DNA of 64,000 nt, taken from assembly GCA_963822845.1 (NCBI GenBank), contig CAWGIY010000009.1, positions 208,902 through 272,901 on the forward strand, given 5' to 3'. The DNA is from an uncultured Chloroflexia bacterium. Its GTDB lineage: Bacteria > Chloroflexota > Limnocylindria > QHBO01. A program made the translations under genes and the position numbers. This document shows, piece after piece, positions 20,577 through 29,003 of this stretch. Below the pieces are notes generated by a model, which saw nothing but the letters and a program-made list of their open reading frames with translations, ran no database searches and was not told where the DNA came from. How positions within the stretch are numbered: the first letter of the stretch is position 1; each line of letters opens with the position of its first letter.

Positions 20577-20662
20577 CGTGCCAGGCGCTCGCACAGCGCG
20601 ACATAGCCCAGGAATGCGAGGCCGAGCAGCAGCGCAAGACCGATGAGCGTGAGGTCGTCCAT
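20573..20662 (-). CDS. second KdpF-like 29-aa hydrophobic peptide, tandem to kdpF
   Basis: C-terminal 29 aa of track ORF 20573..21199: MDDLTLIGLALLLGLAFLGYVALCERLAR*. ATG overlaps the stop of the upstream receiver gene (ATGA) and its own stop overlaps the kdpF GTG. Confidence 0.45.
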   Translation of the reverse strand: MDDLTLIGLALLLGLAFLGYVALCERLAR

Positions 20663-21033
20663 CACGTCTCCGTTCCGGCGAAGCGGCGAACCGTGGCGAG
20701 CAGGGTCTCGAGCGGAAACGGCTTCGGGAGGTAGCCGGCGGCTCCGGACTCGCGCAGGCGGCGAGGGTTCACGGTTCCGGCGCTGACGATGATCGCGGGC
20801 GGCGCATCGGCCGCAGCCATGCCCGCCGACCGCAGGACCGACCACCCGGTGTCTCCGGGCAGGTTGACGTCGACGAGGACCAGCGCGGGCCGATCGGTGG
20901 CGATGGCCATGCTCGCCTCCTCGGCCGTCGCCACCACGCGGGTCGGGTGCCCGTGGGCGTCGAGGTAGCGCTGCACGAGGCCGGCCAGAAGCCCGTCGTC
21001 CTCGACGAGGAGGACGGTGCCGCCCTCCTTCAC
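20662..21033 (-). CDS. stand-alone response-regulator receiver (REC, CheY-like) protein
   Basis: 123 aa; ..VLLVEDDGLLAGL..ALVLVDVNLPGDTGWSVL..KPFPLETL with no output domain. Confidence 0.7.
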   Translation of the reverse strand: MKEGGTVLLVEDDGLLAGLVQRYLDAHGHPTRVVATAEEASMAIATDRPALVLVDVNLPGDTGWSVLRSAGMAAADAPPAIIVSAGTVNPRRLRESGAAGYLPKPFPLETLLATVRRFAGTET

Positions 21034-21275
21034 CGCCCAGCCGCCCGAGGCTGCACGACGAGGTCGACGCCCGACTCGTCCATCGACCAGATCGGCTCGA
21101 CTTCCACTCCCGACGCATGGGCAAGGGCCCTGGCCGCGGAGAGGACCTGCTCGGCGGTGGCGGTGTGGACGACGACCCGTCGGGCGGCGCCGCTCGCAAC
21201 CACGTCGATCGCGGCGCGGACGGAGTTCAGCGCCTCACCGATGTGAGCGACCTGGTCGACGTGCGTATCAGCCAT
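21030..21275 (-). CDS. hypothetical 81-aa protein translationally coupled to the receiver gene
   Basis: ORF with 4-nt ATGA overlap onto the REC gene; no recognisable motif. Confidence 0.3.
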   Translation of the reverse strand: MADTHVDQVAHIGEALNSVRAAIDVVASGAARRVVVHTATAEQVLSAARALAHASGVEVEPIWSMDESGVDLVVQPRAAGR

Positions 21276-21344
21276 GAGCCCACCGTCGCATCGAGGCCCA
21301 AGAGGGAGGGGGCCGGCGACCGCCTCCGAACGCTCAAGAAGCGC

Positions 21345-22079
21345 TCAAGATCCCGTGGGCTGCTCCAGCTCGACGGCGTCGCTGACGCGATAGCCCACGC
21401 CGGGCTCGGCGGCGATCAGCCTCCGAAGCGTCCCGGTCGCGTCGGCCGCAGCGAGCTTGCGGCGAATGGCGGCGACATGCACGTGGAGGTAGTGGGCCTC
21501 GCCGACGTAGTCGTCGCCCCACACGGCTCGCAGCAGGCGTCCACGACCGACGACCCTTCCGGCGTTGGCCAGCAGCGTCTTGAGCAGCTCGTACTCGCGC
21601 GGCGTGAAGTGGACGTCACGTTCGTCGACGGTCACGCGGCGGCGCGCCGGATCGAGAGCGAGGGGCCCGATTCGGATCGTGCCGTCCGGGGTCGCCGCGG
21701 CGACGAGTGTCCGTCGCAGTGCCGCTCTCACCCGGGCATGGAGCTCTGGCATGCCGAACGGTTTCGTGAGGTAGTCATCGGCCCCCGCATCCAGGGCATC
21801 GACCTTGTCGCGCTCCTGGTTCCGTGCAGAAAGCACGATGATCGGTGTCGTCGCCTCCCGGCGCACGCGACGAACGACGGTGATGCCGTCGATGCCAGGC
21901 AGCCCCAGGTCCAGCAGGATGAGGTCGGGGCGGTTCTGCTCCCACGCGTGCATCGCCTGCTCGCCATCCGCGGCCTCCGTCACCCGGTAGGCGTGTCCGC
22001 GCAGGTTCGTCGCGACCGCGCGACGCGTCGCCTCGTCGTCCTCGACCAGCAACACCAGTGCGGATGTCGCCGTCGTCAC
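21345..22079 (-). CDS. kdpE: OmpR-family response regulator KdpE
   Basis: REC (LVLLVEDDEATRR..DLILLDLGLPGIDG..KPF) plus winged-helix output (..FTPREYELLKTLLANAGRVVGRGRLLRAVWG..GYR). GTG start at 22079; currently fused in frame to the HATPase end of kdpD-C (no intervening stop). Confidence 0.8.
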   Translation of the reverse strand: MTTATSALVLLVEDDEATRRAVATNLRGHAYRVTEAADGEQAMHAWEQNRPDLILLDLGLPGIDGITVVRRVRREATTPIIVLSARNQERDKVDALDAGADDYLTKPFGMPELHARVRAALRRTLVAAATPDGTIRIGPLALDPARRRVTVDERDVHFTPREYELLKTLLANAGRVVGRGRLLRAVWGDDYVGEAHYLHVHVAAIRRKLAAADATGTLRRLIAAEPGVGYRVSDAVELEQPTGS

Positions 22080-23668
22080 GCGCTCGTCACGGCGTTGTGC
22101 GCGGGAAGTGGTCACGGTCACGGCGAGGCCGCCCAGCTCGCTTCGATCAGCGCGCGCGCTGCCGCCCATCGCCTCGACCAGTCCACGCACGACCGCCAGG
22201 CCGAGCCCGAAGCCGCGCCGCGCTCCCTGCCCCGGCCGGTCGATCCGCGAGAAGCGATCGAAGATCGATTCGAGTGCCTCGTCCGGCACGCCGGGTCCGC
22301 CGTCCTCCACCGTGAGCGCCACGAGGTCGTCGGAGAGGCGCTCGGCCTTGACGCGGATGGCCGTGCCGTCTCCGGCGTACTTGACCGCATTGTCAAGCAG
22401 ATTGGCGACGACCTGGTCGAGGAGCGCGACGTCCGCTTGCACGTGCGGCAGGTCGACCGGCAGATCCACCTGAGATCGGTCGGCCGTGTGCCGCGGCAGA
22501 TGCCCGCTCGACGGCGGGACCGATCAGCTCGCTCAAGGGAATGACCTCGATCTCCGGGACCAGCGCCCCGCCCTGGATCCGGCTCATGTCCAGGAGATCG
22601 CCGACGAGGTGATTGAGTCGGGCTGCCTCAGCGTCGATCGACGACGCGATCGTCCGCCGCTCGCCTGCGGGCAGCTCGATGTCCGGATCGGCGAGGCTGC
22701 CGGCGGCCGCGCGAATCGTGGCGAGCGGGGTGCGCAGGTCGTGCGAGACCGAGTCGACCAGCGCCGACTTGCAGCTCGTCGCTGCGGCCTGGCGATCTCC
22801 AGCGTCGGCGGCCTGAGCGAGCAGGCGATCGCGCCGAACCGCCTGCACCGAGCTGGTCCGCCGCGGCGGCGAGCAGCCGCGTCTCCTCGAGGTGCGGTCG
22901 GCTCCTGCATTGATCGGTCGCTCCGCCCAGAGCGAGCCGATCGTCTCATCACCGGCGCGAGAGCTCGATCCGGTACGCGCTGCGGCGTCCTCCGCTCTCA
23001 TGGGTCGCCCGGCCGCGTCGGTGGGTGGATGCGCGTCCACGTGGCCTCGCCTTCCGCTCGATCGCGCTGCAGGACCCGGTACGTGCTCGCCGGCTTCGGA
23101 GCCGCGGATTCTGGATTCGAGTCGGCGGCAACCCGCTCCGAGGCGATCGTGCGTCCGATTCCGACCCAGACGCGGCTCATCTGTGCATCGTCGGCCAGCC
23201 GCTGGGTGACGCTGCGCATCGCGTCCGCGAGGCGCTCGGACCGAACCAGCTCGCGGCTGATGCCGAAGAGTGCCCGTGCCTCGCGCTCTCGGCGTACGAT
23301 TCGTGCTCGCGGGCGCGCTGGAGTCCCGCGAGGCGGCCGATCACGACGCCGACAAACAGGAGGAGGAACAGCGTCAGCAGCTCCTCGGCACGGGACACAG
23401 TGAGCGTGAACCGTGGCTCGACGAAGAGGAAGTTGTAGACGACGAATGCGCCGATCGCGGCCGCAACTGCCGGCCAGGTTCCCTATCGGATCGCGAGCAT
23501 CGCGACCGCGACCAGGTAGACGGGCGAGGCGTGGTCGATCCCGAGCACCTGCTCGAGGACGACGACGACCACGGTCGATGCCGCAAGCGCGCCGACGAGG
23601 ACCGCGAGGAGGGGGGCGCCACGAGCTTCGGATATGCATCCCGCGATTCTATGGGCTGCTACGTCGAG
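22080..23668 (-). pseudogene. kdpD: KdpD C-terminal half (4-TM / GAF / HisKA / HATPase), disrupted by an in-frame TAG, at least three frameshifts and no start codon
   Basis: TM region (..IDHASPVYLVAVAMLAIR*GTWPAVAAAIGAFVVYNFLFVEPRFTLTVSRAEELLTLFLLLFVGVVIGRL..) contains an in-frame TAG (~23476) where E. coli KdpD has Tyr (ALFYGRWP). TM->GAF (~23290), GAF->HisKA (~23020; VSHDLRTPLATI in ORF 22393..23040) and HisKA->HATPase (~22450; LLDNAVKYAG..GLGLAVV in ORF 21345..22469) are each in different frames. Confidence 0.55.
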
Positions 23669-23671
23669 CGC

Positions 23672-24001
23672 TCAGGATCCCTCGAGGACGAACAGGGGAA
23701 TGAGGCGCTCCGTGCGACGCTGGTAGGTCGCGTACAGCGGGAATTCCCGGGTCACCAGCTTCCAGAGGCGCTCGCGCTCCTCGCCGGAGGCCTCGCGTGC
23801 CGTCACCGGCCGCTGCTCGCGCCCGACGATGACGGTGGCGTTCGGATTCGCGCGCAGGTTGTGCGCCCAGGCGGGATCGCGCGCCTTCCCGCCCCACGAG
23901 CCGGTGACCACGATCGCCTCGTCCGGGGTCTCGTAGGCGTAGAGGGTCACCGTTCGTGGCTCGCCGCTGTGGCGCCCGGTCGTTGTCAGTCGCACCTGCA
24001 T
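23672..24001 (-). CDS. deazaflavin (F420)-dependent nitroreductase family protein (DUF385 / Ddn-like), short form
   Basis: 109 aa; diagnostic ..RLTTTGRHSGEPRTV..TGSWGGKARDPAWAHNLRANP.. motifs. Confidence 0.65.
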   Translation of the reverse strand: MQVRLTTTGRHSGEPRTVTLYAYETPDEAIVVTGSWGGKARDPAWAHNLRANPNATVIVGREQRPVTAREASGEERERLWKLVTREFPLYATYQRRTERLIPLFVLEGS

Positions 24002-24012
24002 CGGTCCGAAGG

Positions 24013-25140
24013 CTAGCGCGTCACGCGGATGATTCGGTCACCCGGGCCGTTCGCGGTCGAAACGTACAGCTCGCCATCGGGACCGATGACGACCGCGCGC
24101 AGCCGCCCGAACCGACCGTCAAGGAGTGTCTCCTCGACCATGATGTCGCCGGACGGCGACACGGAGAACCGCCGCACGTCCTCCTCCTTCAGGGTGCTGA
24201 CCACGAGGTCGCCTTGCCAATCGCCCCATTCCGGGCCGGTGAGGAACGTTGCGCCGGACGTCGCGAGCGTCGACGAGCCGGAGGCCCAGGCCGGCGCGAG
24301 ATAGTCGACAGCACGGCCGCAGCCGTCGGGGATCGGTCCGGTGTCCGAGGCGCCGGTGTAGCACGGATAGCCGTAGTTGCCGCCGGCGACGATGGCGTTG
24401 ATCTCGTCGTTGACATCGGTCCCGTGCTCGGCCGCGTAGATGAGGCCGTTCGGCGAGACGGCGATGCCCTGGGGATTCCGATGTCCGAGGCTGTAGACGG
24501 CGGTGCCGAACGGATTGTCGTCCGGCACCGAGCCGTCGATCGCCAGCCGCAGGATCTTGCCGTTGAGCGACCCCGGATCCTGTGCGCGGTTCTCGCCGGC
24601 GGGCAGGTTCGCATCGCCGATCGTGATCCAGAGGTGGTCGAGGGCGACTTCGACCGCGCAGCCCTGGTGCCGTGGCCCGCCGACGGCCTCGCCAACGACC
24701 GGAACGACCTCGAACGGGGCAAGCGAGCCGTTGTCGGCGAGGGTCGAGCGCAGGAGCTCGACGCGCCATGTCGCACGATCCGGATGCCGCGAGGCGCAGA
24801 CGAACACCGTGTCGGCGGCGATCGCGATGCCCATGAGGCCGGACTCGATCTCGGCGCGCACGTCAGGGACGGTCGCGGTGTGGAGGAGCGCGGCTCCGGG
24901 CTCGCCGGAGTCGAAGACGAGCACCCGTCCGGCACGCTCGGTGACGAGCATGCGGCCGTCGGACGCGAAGGCGATGTCCCACGGGTGCTCGAGCCGGTCC
25001 TGGACGACCTCTGCGCGGACCGCGTCGAATGGTCGGACGAGAAAGAGGCCACCGGCTGCTGCGCCGAGGGCGATGACGAGAGCGGCGGATACGACGAAGC
25101 GGCTGGCGAACGCCCGGTTGGACGCCGACAGCCGCCTCAT
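24013..25140 (-). CDS. PQQ-dependent sugar (glucose/sorbosone) dehydrogenase, beta-propeller, secreted
   Basis: 375 aa; N-terminal TM/signal segment and SGDH-family motifs (..LEHPWDIAFASDGRMLVTERAGRV.., ..GHRNPQGIAVSPNGLIYAAEHG..). Confidence 0.7.
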   Translation of the reverse strand: MRRLSASNRAFASRFVVSAALVIALGAAAGGLFLVRPFDAVRAEVVQDRLEHPWDIAFASDGRMLVTERAGRVLVFDSGEPGAALLHTATVPDVRAEIESGLMGIAIAADTVFVCASRHPDRATWRVELLRSTLADNGSLAPFEVVPVVGEAVGGPRHQGCAVEVALDHLWITIGDANLPAGENRAQDPGSLNGKILRLAIDGSVPDDNPFGTAVYSLGHRNPQGIAVSPNGLIYAAEHGTDVNDEINAIVAGGNYGYPCYTGASDTGPIPDGCGRAVDYLAPAWASGSSTLATSGATFLTGPEWGDWQGDLVVSTLKEEDVRRFSVSPSGDIMVEETLLDGRFGRLRAVVIGPDGELYVSTANGPGDRIIRVTR

Positions 25141-25162
25141 GCGACGAAGGAAAGGCCGAGGG

Positions 25163-25369
25163 CTACTCGGCCGCCTTCACGTTCGTTGCGCGGGGACCGC
25201 GCGGGTTGGACTCGACGTCGAAGGTCACGCTCTCACCGCCGACCAGCCGATCGAAGTCGATGGAGTCGTTCAGCCCGTCGCGATGGAAGAAGTAGTCCTT
25301 GCCATCTTCGCCAGTAATGAAGCCGAAGCCGCGATCGGCGACGACCTTCTTGATGGAACCATTGGCCAT
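25163..25369 (-). CDS. cold-shock protein (CspA family)
   Basis: 68 aa; RNP motifs GFGFI and ..VTFDVE..GPRATNV. Confidence 0.85.
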   Translation of the reverse strand: MANGSIKKVVADRGFGFITGEDGKDYFFHRDGLNDSIDFDRLVGGESVTFDVESNPRGPRATNVKAAE

Positions 25370-25435
25370 GAGTGGCCTCCTAAACGGTCGGTAGAGCCCA
25401 AGGGTACCCGGTTGTGGCCTGTAGCATCGGCGCCG

Positions 25436-26779
25436 ATGACGGCGCTACCCGCCACGCCACCCTTCGCGCTCCGCGCGCGGCTGCTCTCCCCGCTGGCCGA
25501 TGGCGGGATCCTCGACGAGTACGACGGCCTCGTCGAGGTCGATGCCAGCGGTCGAATCGCCGGTGTCGCGCCATGGCCCGGGGACGGTCCGGCGGCCGGC
25601 GTGGTCGACTTGCGGCCGATGGTCGTGCTCCCCGGCCTCGTCGACCTCCACGCCCACCTTCCCCAGCTGCCCAATGCGGGGCTCGGCAGCGGTCTCGACC
25701 TGCTGACCTGGCTGGACCGATACATCTTCCCGCTCGAACGGGCCTATGGCGAGCGCACCGCGAAGCGGACGGCACCCGAGGCATTCCGTGCCTTCGCGGC
25801 CGCAGGGACGACGACGGTCGTCGCGTACGCGGCCATCTGGGCTGAGTCGACGGACGCGGCCTTCGCAGCCGCAGAAGCTCACGGGATCCGTACGGTCATC
25901 GGCAAGGTGATGATGGACCGGATCACCTACGACTCCAGGATCGATCCGGGCGAGATCCTCGAGACGAGCCTCCGGCAGTCGGATGAGCTCGCGCATCGAT
26001 GGCATGGTCGGGACGAGGGCCGGCTCCAGTACGCGTTCACGCCGCGCTTCGCCGTGAGCTGCACCGCGGAGATGCTGCGCGAGTCCGCCGCGCTCGCCAA
26101 GCGCCACGGCGCGTATTGGCAGACGCACCTCTCCGAGGATGTCGGCGAGATCGACGAGGTGAAGCGGCTCTTCCCAGAGGCGGCGGACTACCTGGACGTG
26201 TACGACCGGGCGGGCGGGGTCGGGGAGCGGACGATCCTCGCCCACGCCATCCATCTCGGCGACCGTGAGGTGGACCGGCTCGTCGAGAGCCGTGCCGGCG
26301 TGGCGCATTGCCCGGCATCGAACCTCTTCCTGTCGAGCGGGATGATGCCGCTCGGCGCGTACCTGCGCGCCGGCGTGCGGGTCGGCCTGGGAAGCGATGT
26401 CGCCGCAGGCCCCGAGGTCTCGATGTTCACCGTCATGCGCGCCGGTGCGGTGACGCAGCGGGTGCTCGAGCTGACGGACCGAGCCGATCGGTCGCTGGCG
26501 GTGGCGCCGATCGACTGGCTGCGGCTGTGCACGCTCGGCGGTGCCGGGGTGCTCGGCCTCGAGGACGCGATCGGCTCGATCGAGGCCGGCAAGGAGGCCG
26601 ATCTCATCGCCGTCGACCCTCGCATGACCACGCCACTGCTCGGCGACCAGCCGCGGATCGCGGAGGCCATTGACGTCATCAGCCGGCTGATCTTCCGGCC
26701 GCACCCGAACATGGTGCGCGGCGCATGGGTGCGCGGGCGGTTGCTCGCAGGGCCACCGGGCGAAAGCGGAATCGGCTAG
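25436..26779 (+). CDS. amidohydrolase-superfamily deaminase, most likely guanine deaminase
   Basis: 447 aa; metal ligands VDLHAHLPQ ... HLSE ... GLGSDVAAG and the general guanine/cytosine deaminase layout; ATG at 25436 inside the longer track ORF. Confidence 0.65.
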   Translation: MTALPATPPFALRARLLSPLADGGILDEYDGLVEVDASGRIAGVAPWPGDGPAAGVVDLRPMVVLPGLVDLHAHLPQLPNAGLGSGLDLLTWLDRYIFPLERAYGERTAKRTAPEAFRAFAAAGTTTVVAYAAIWAESTDAAFAAAEAHGIRTVIGKVMMDRITYDSRIDPGEILETSLRQSDELAHRWHGRDEGRLQYAFTPRFAVSCTAEMLRESAALAKRHGAYWQTHLSEDVGEIDEVKRLFPEAADYLDVYDRAGGVGERTILAHAIHLGDREVDRLVESRAGVAHCPASNLFLSSGMMPLGAYLRAGVRVGLGSDVAAGPEVSMFTVMRAGAVTQRVLELTDRADRSLAVAPIDWLRLCTLGGAGVLGLEDAIGSIEAGKEADLIAVDPRMTTPLLGDQPRIAEAIDVISRLIFRPHPNMVRGAWVRGRLLAGPPGESGIG

Positions 26780-26788
26780 GCTGCGCGC

Positions 26789-27169
26789 GTGGACTACGCG
26801 ATCCAGATCCTCATCAACGCCGCGGCGCTGTTCGTGGCGCAGGCGCTGATCGACGGGCTGGACTTCGACTTCTCCCAGCCCGATGCCTGGTGGCAGTTCC
26901 TGCTGGTGGCGCTGATCTTCGGCCTGGTGAACACGTTCCTGAAGCCGCTGCTGCGCCTCCTGACCCTGCCGATCACGATGGTCACGCTCGGCCTCTTCCT
27001 CCTCGTGATCAACGCGTTCCTCCTGTGGCTCACCGGGGTCATCTCCGAGCAGCTCGCGCTGGGCCTGGAGATCAACGGCTTCCTGCCGGCGCTGCTCGGA
27101 GCGATCGTCATCAGCATCGTCGGTCTCCTGCTCTCGATGGTGGTCGGCGCGGGTCGGAAGGCCGTCTGA
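26789..27169 (+). CDS. phage-holin-4 (DUF360-type) family small membrane protein
   Basis: 126 aa, 3-4 TM helices, family-typical N-terminus (MDYAIQILINAAALFVAQALI..). Confidence 0.5.
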   Translation: MDYAIQILINAAALFVAQALIDGLDFDFSQPDAWWQFLLVALIFGLVNTFLKPLLRLLTLPITMVTLGLFLLVINAFLLWLTGVISEQLALGLEINGFLPALLGAIVISIVGLLLSMVVGAGRKAV

Positions 27170-27186
27170 CGCCCCCTTCCTGACCG

Positions 27187-27852
27187 ATGGAGCGCGCGCC
27201 CTGGTTCGTGGCCGCCATCCTCGGCCTGTCGCTGGCCGTCGTCATCCTGCTCGCCGGCCCGCTGCTCCTCTTCAACCCACCGTTCGTGTCCTCGCTGCAG
27301 CAGCGCCACGAGGTGGCCGCCGCGCTAAGCGCGCCGCAGGACATGGTCGACCGGGTCACGACCGAGCTGCTCGTCGACCTCTTCACCGATGGCGAGTTCG
27401 ACGCGGCCTTCATCGTCGGGCCGCCGTGGCTCGACGAACAAGAGCGGTCGCACATGTCGGACGTCTCGCGCCTCGTCCGCATCCTCGCGATCTCGGTGAT
27501 CGTCGCGGCCGTCGTCGCGGTGCTGAGCGCCCGGCGGATGCGCGGCGAGCCGCGGCGCGTGGGCGCCGTGATGCTGCGGACCGCCGCCGTCATCGGTGCG
27601 GCGGCCCTCGCCCTGGCCCTGACCTTCGCGATCGCGTTCGAGCCGGCATTCCTGGCGTTCCACGCGATCTTCTTCCCGCCGGGGACGTACCTCTTCGAGC
27701 CCGGCTCGAACCTCATCACGTTGTTCCCGGAAGGCTTCTGGTTCGACGCCTCGCTGGCGGCGGGCGCCACGATCCTCCTCTCCGCGCTGCTGTGCGCGCT
27801 GGCGGGCTATCGGCTCTGGCGGAGCGGCCCGCAGACCCCGCTGCCGGCCTGA
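27187..27852 (+). CDS. DUF1461-family integral membrane protein (lipoprotein intramolecular transacylase Lit-like)
   Basis: 221 aa membrane ORF with DUF1461-like pattern (..HMSDVSRLVRIL.. and C-terminal hydrophobic block). Confidence 0.45.
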   Translation: MERAPWFVAAILGLSLAVVILLAGPLLLFNPPFVSSLQQRHEVAAALSAPQDMVDRVTTELLVDLFTDGEFDAAFIVGPPWLDEQERSHMSDVSRLVRILAISVIVAAVVAVLSARRMRGEPRRVGAVMLRTAAVIGAAALALALTFAIAFEPAFLAFHAIFFPPGTYLFEPGSNLITLFPEGFWFDASLAAGATILLSALLCALAGYRLWRSGPQTPLPA

Positions 27853-27867
27853 TCTAGACTCCCGCCA

Positions 27868-28992
27868 ATGGGTTCCGGCTGGAAGGTCGGCCGGCTTGCC
27901 GGCATCGACATCTCGATCCATCCGTCGTGGCTGGTGATCGCGTTCCTGATCACGTACTCGCTGGCGGGCTCCCAGTTCCCGCGCGACTTTCCCGGCTGGA
28001 CCGACAGCGAATACTGGCTCGTGGCGGTTGCGACGGCGGCGCTGTTCTTCGTCTCGGTGCTGGCGCACGAGCTGTCGCACGCGATCGTCGCCCAGCGGGT
28101 GGGCCTCAAGGTCGAGGGGATCACGCTCTTCATCTTCGGCGGCGCGACGACGATCGACGCCGACTCGCGGACGCCGCGTGAGGAGGCGCTGATCGCCATC
28201 GCCGGGCCGGCGGCGAGCCTGCTGATCGGCGGGCTGATGATCGTCATCGGCATCTTCGTCAGCCAGCCACAGCTCGGCGCACTCGTGAGCTGGCTCGGCT
28301 TCGTCAACGTCGCGCTCGGGATCTTCAACCTCATCCCGGGCTTCCCGATGGACGGCGGTCGGGTCCTCCGCGCGTTCCTCTGGCGCGTGCGCGGCGACCG
28401 GCTCGTCGCGACCCGCAACGCCGCCTGGGTAGGGCGCCTGTTCGCCTATGCACTGGTCGGCCTCGGGGTCTTCATCGCGCTGCAGCCGGGCGGGATCGTC
28501 AGCGGCCTGTGGCTCGCGGTCATCGGCTGGTTCCTGTCGAACGCGGCCGAGGCGACCCTCATGCAGGCCAACGTGGAGCACAGCCTGCACGGCGTGCGCG
28601 TCCGCGACGCGATGGATCCGAACCCACCGGCGATCTCGCCGAACGAGACGGTCGCCGAGCTCGTCAACGAGCGGATGCTGCGCGGTGAGGACCGCTCGTA
28701 CCTCGTCAAGCATGACGACGGCGGCCTCGCCGGGATCGTGACGCTCAGAGACGTGCGCCGGCTGGCGCGCGACGACTGGCAGATCGCCCGCGTGACCGAC
28801 GTCATGACCCGCTTCGCTGACCTCGTGACGATCGCGCCCGACGCGCCGATGTCAGAGGCGCTGCGCCTCATCCAGGCTCGCGTCGTCGCCCAGCTGCCGG
28901 TCATCGAGCCTGACAGCCGGGTCCCGCTCGGCATGGTGACCCGGCGTGGGATCCTCAAGCTCATCGACGCCCGCACGAAGCTCGGGGCCTGA
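27868..28992 (+). CDS. site-2 protease (peptidase M50) with C-terminal CBS domain pair
   Basis: HELSHA zinc motif, ..FNLIPGFPMDGGRVLRA.., then two CBS-like repeats (..VRVRDAMDPNP.., ..VTDVMTRFADLVT..). Confidence 0.75.
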   Translation: MGSGWKVGRLAGIDISIHPSWLVIAFLITYSLAGSQFPRDFPGWTDSEYWLVAVATAALFFVSVLAHELSHAIVAQRVGLKVEGITLFIFGGATTIDADSRTPREEALIAIAGPAASLLIGGLMIVIGIFVSQPQLGALVSWLGFVNVALGIFNLIPGFPMDGGRVLRAFLWRVRGDRLVATRNAAWVGRLFAYALVGLGVFIALQPGGIVSGLWLAVIGWFLSNAAEATLMQANVEHSLHGVRVRDAMDPNPPAISPNETVAELVNERMLRGEDRSYLVKHDDGGLAGIVTLRDVRRLARDDWQIARVTDVMTRFADLVTIAPDAPMSEALRLIQARVVAQLPVIEPDSRVPLGMVTRRGILKLIDARTKLGA

Positions 28993-29003
28993 TCGACGCA
29001 CCG

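Noticed and set aside
20573-21199. 208-aa minus-strand ORF spanning the REC gene region
   Set aside because: Only its last 29 codons (the KdpF-like peptide) are plausible. The rest is an alternative frame of the receiver and orf81 genes
20662-21345. c-di-AMP (ydaO-type) riboswitch ahead of the kdp/kimA genes
   Set aside because: Genes are tightly packed with coding sequence throughout, and I could not recognise the conserved ydaO helices by eye. A covariance-model search would be needed
22053-22080. KdpD-KdpE in-frame fusion as a genuine hybrid kinase-regulator
   Set aside because: The upstream kinase frame is itself broken in several places, so the missing stop is most simply another lesion or error, not an evolved fusion
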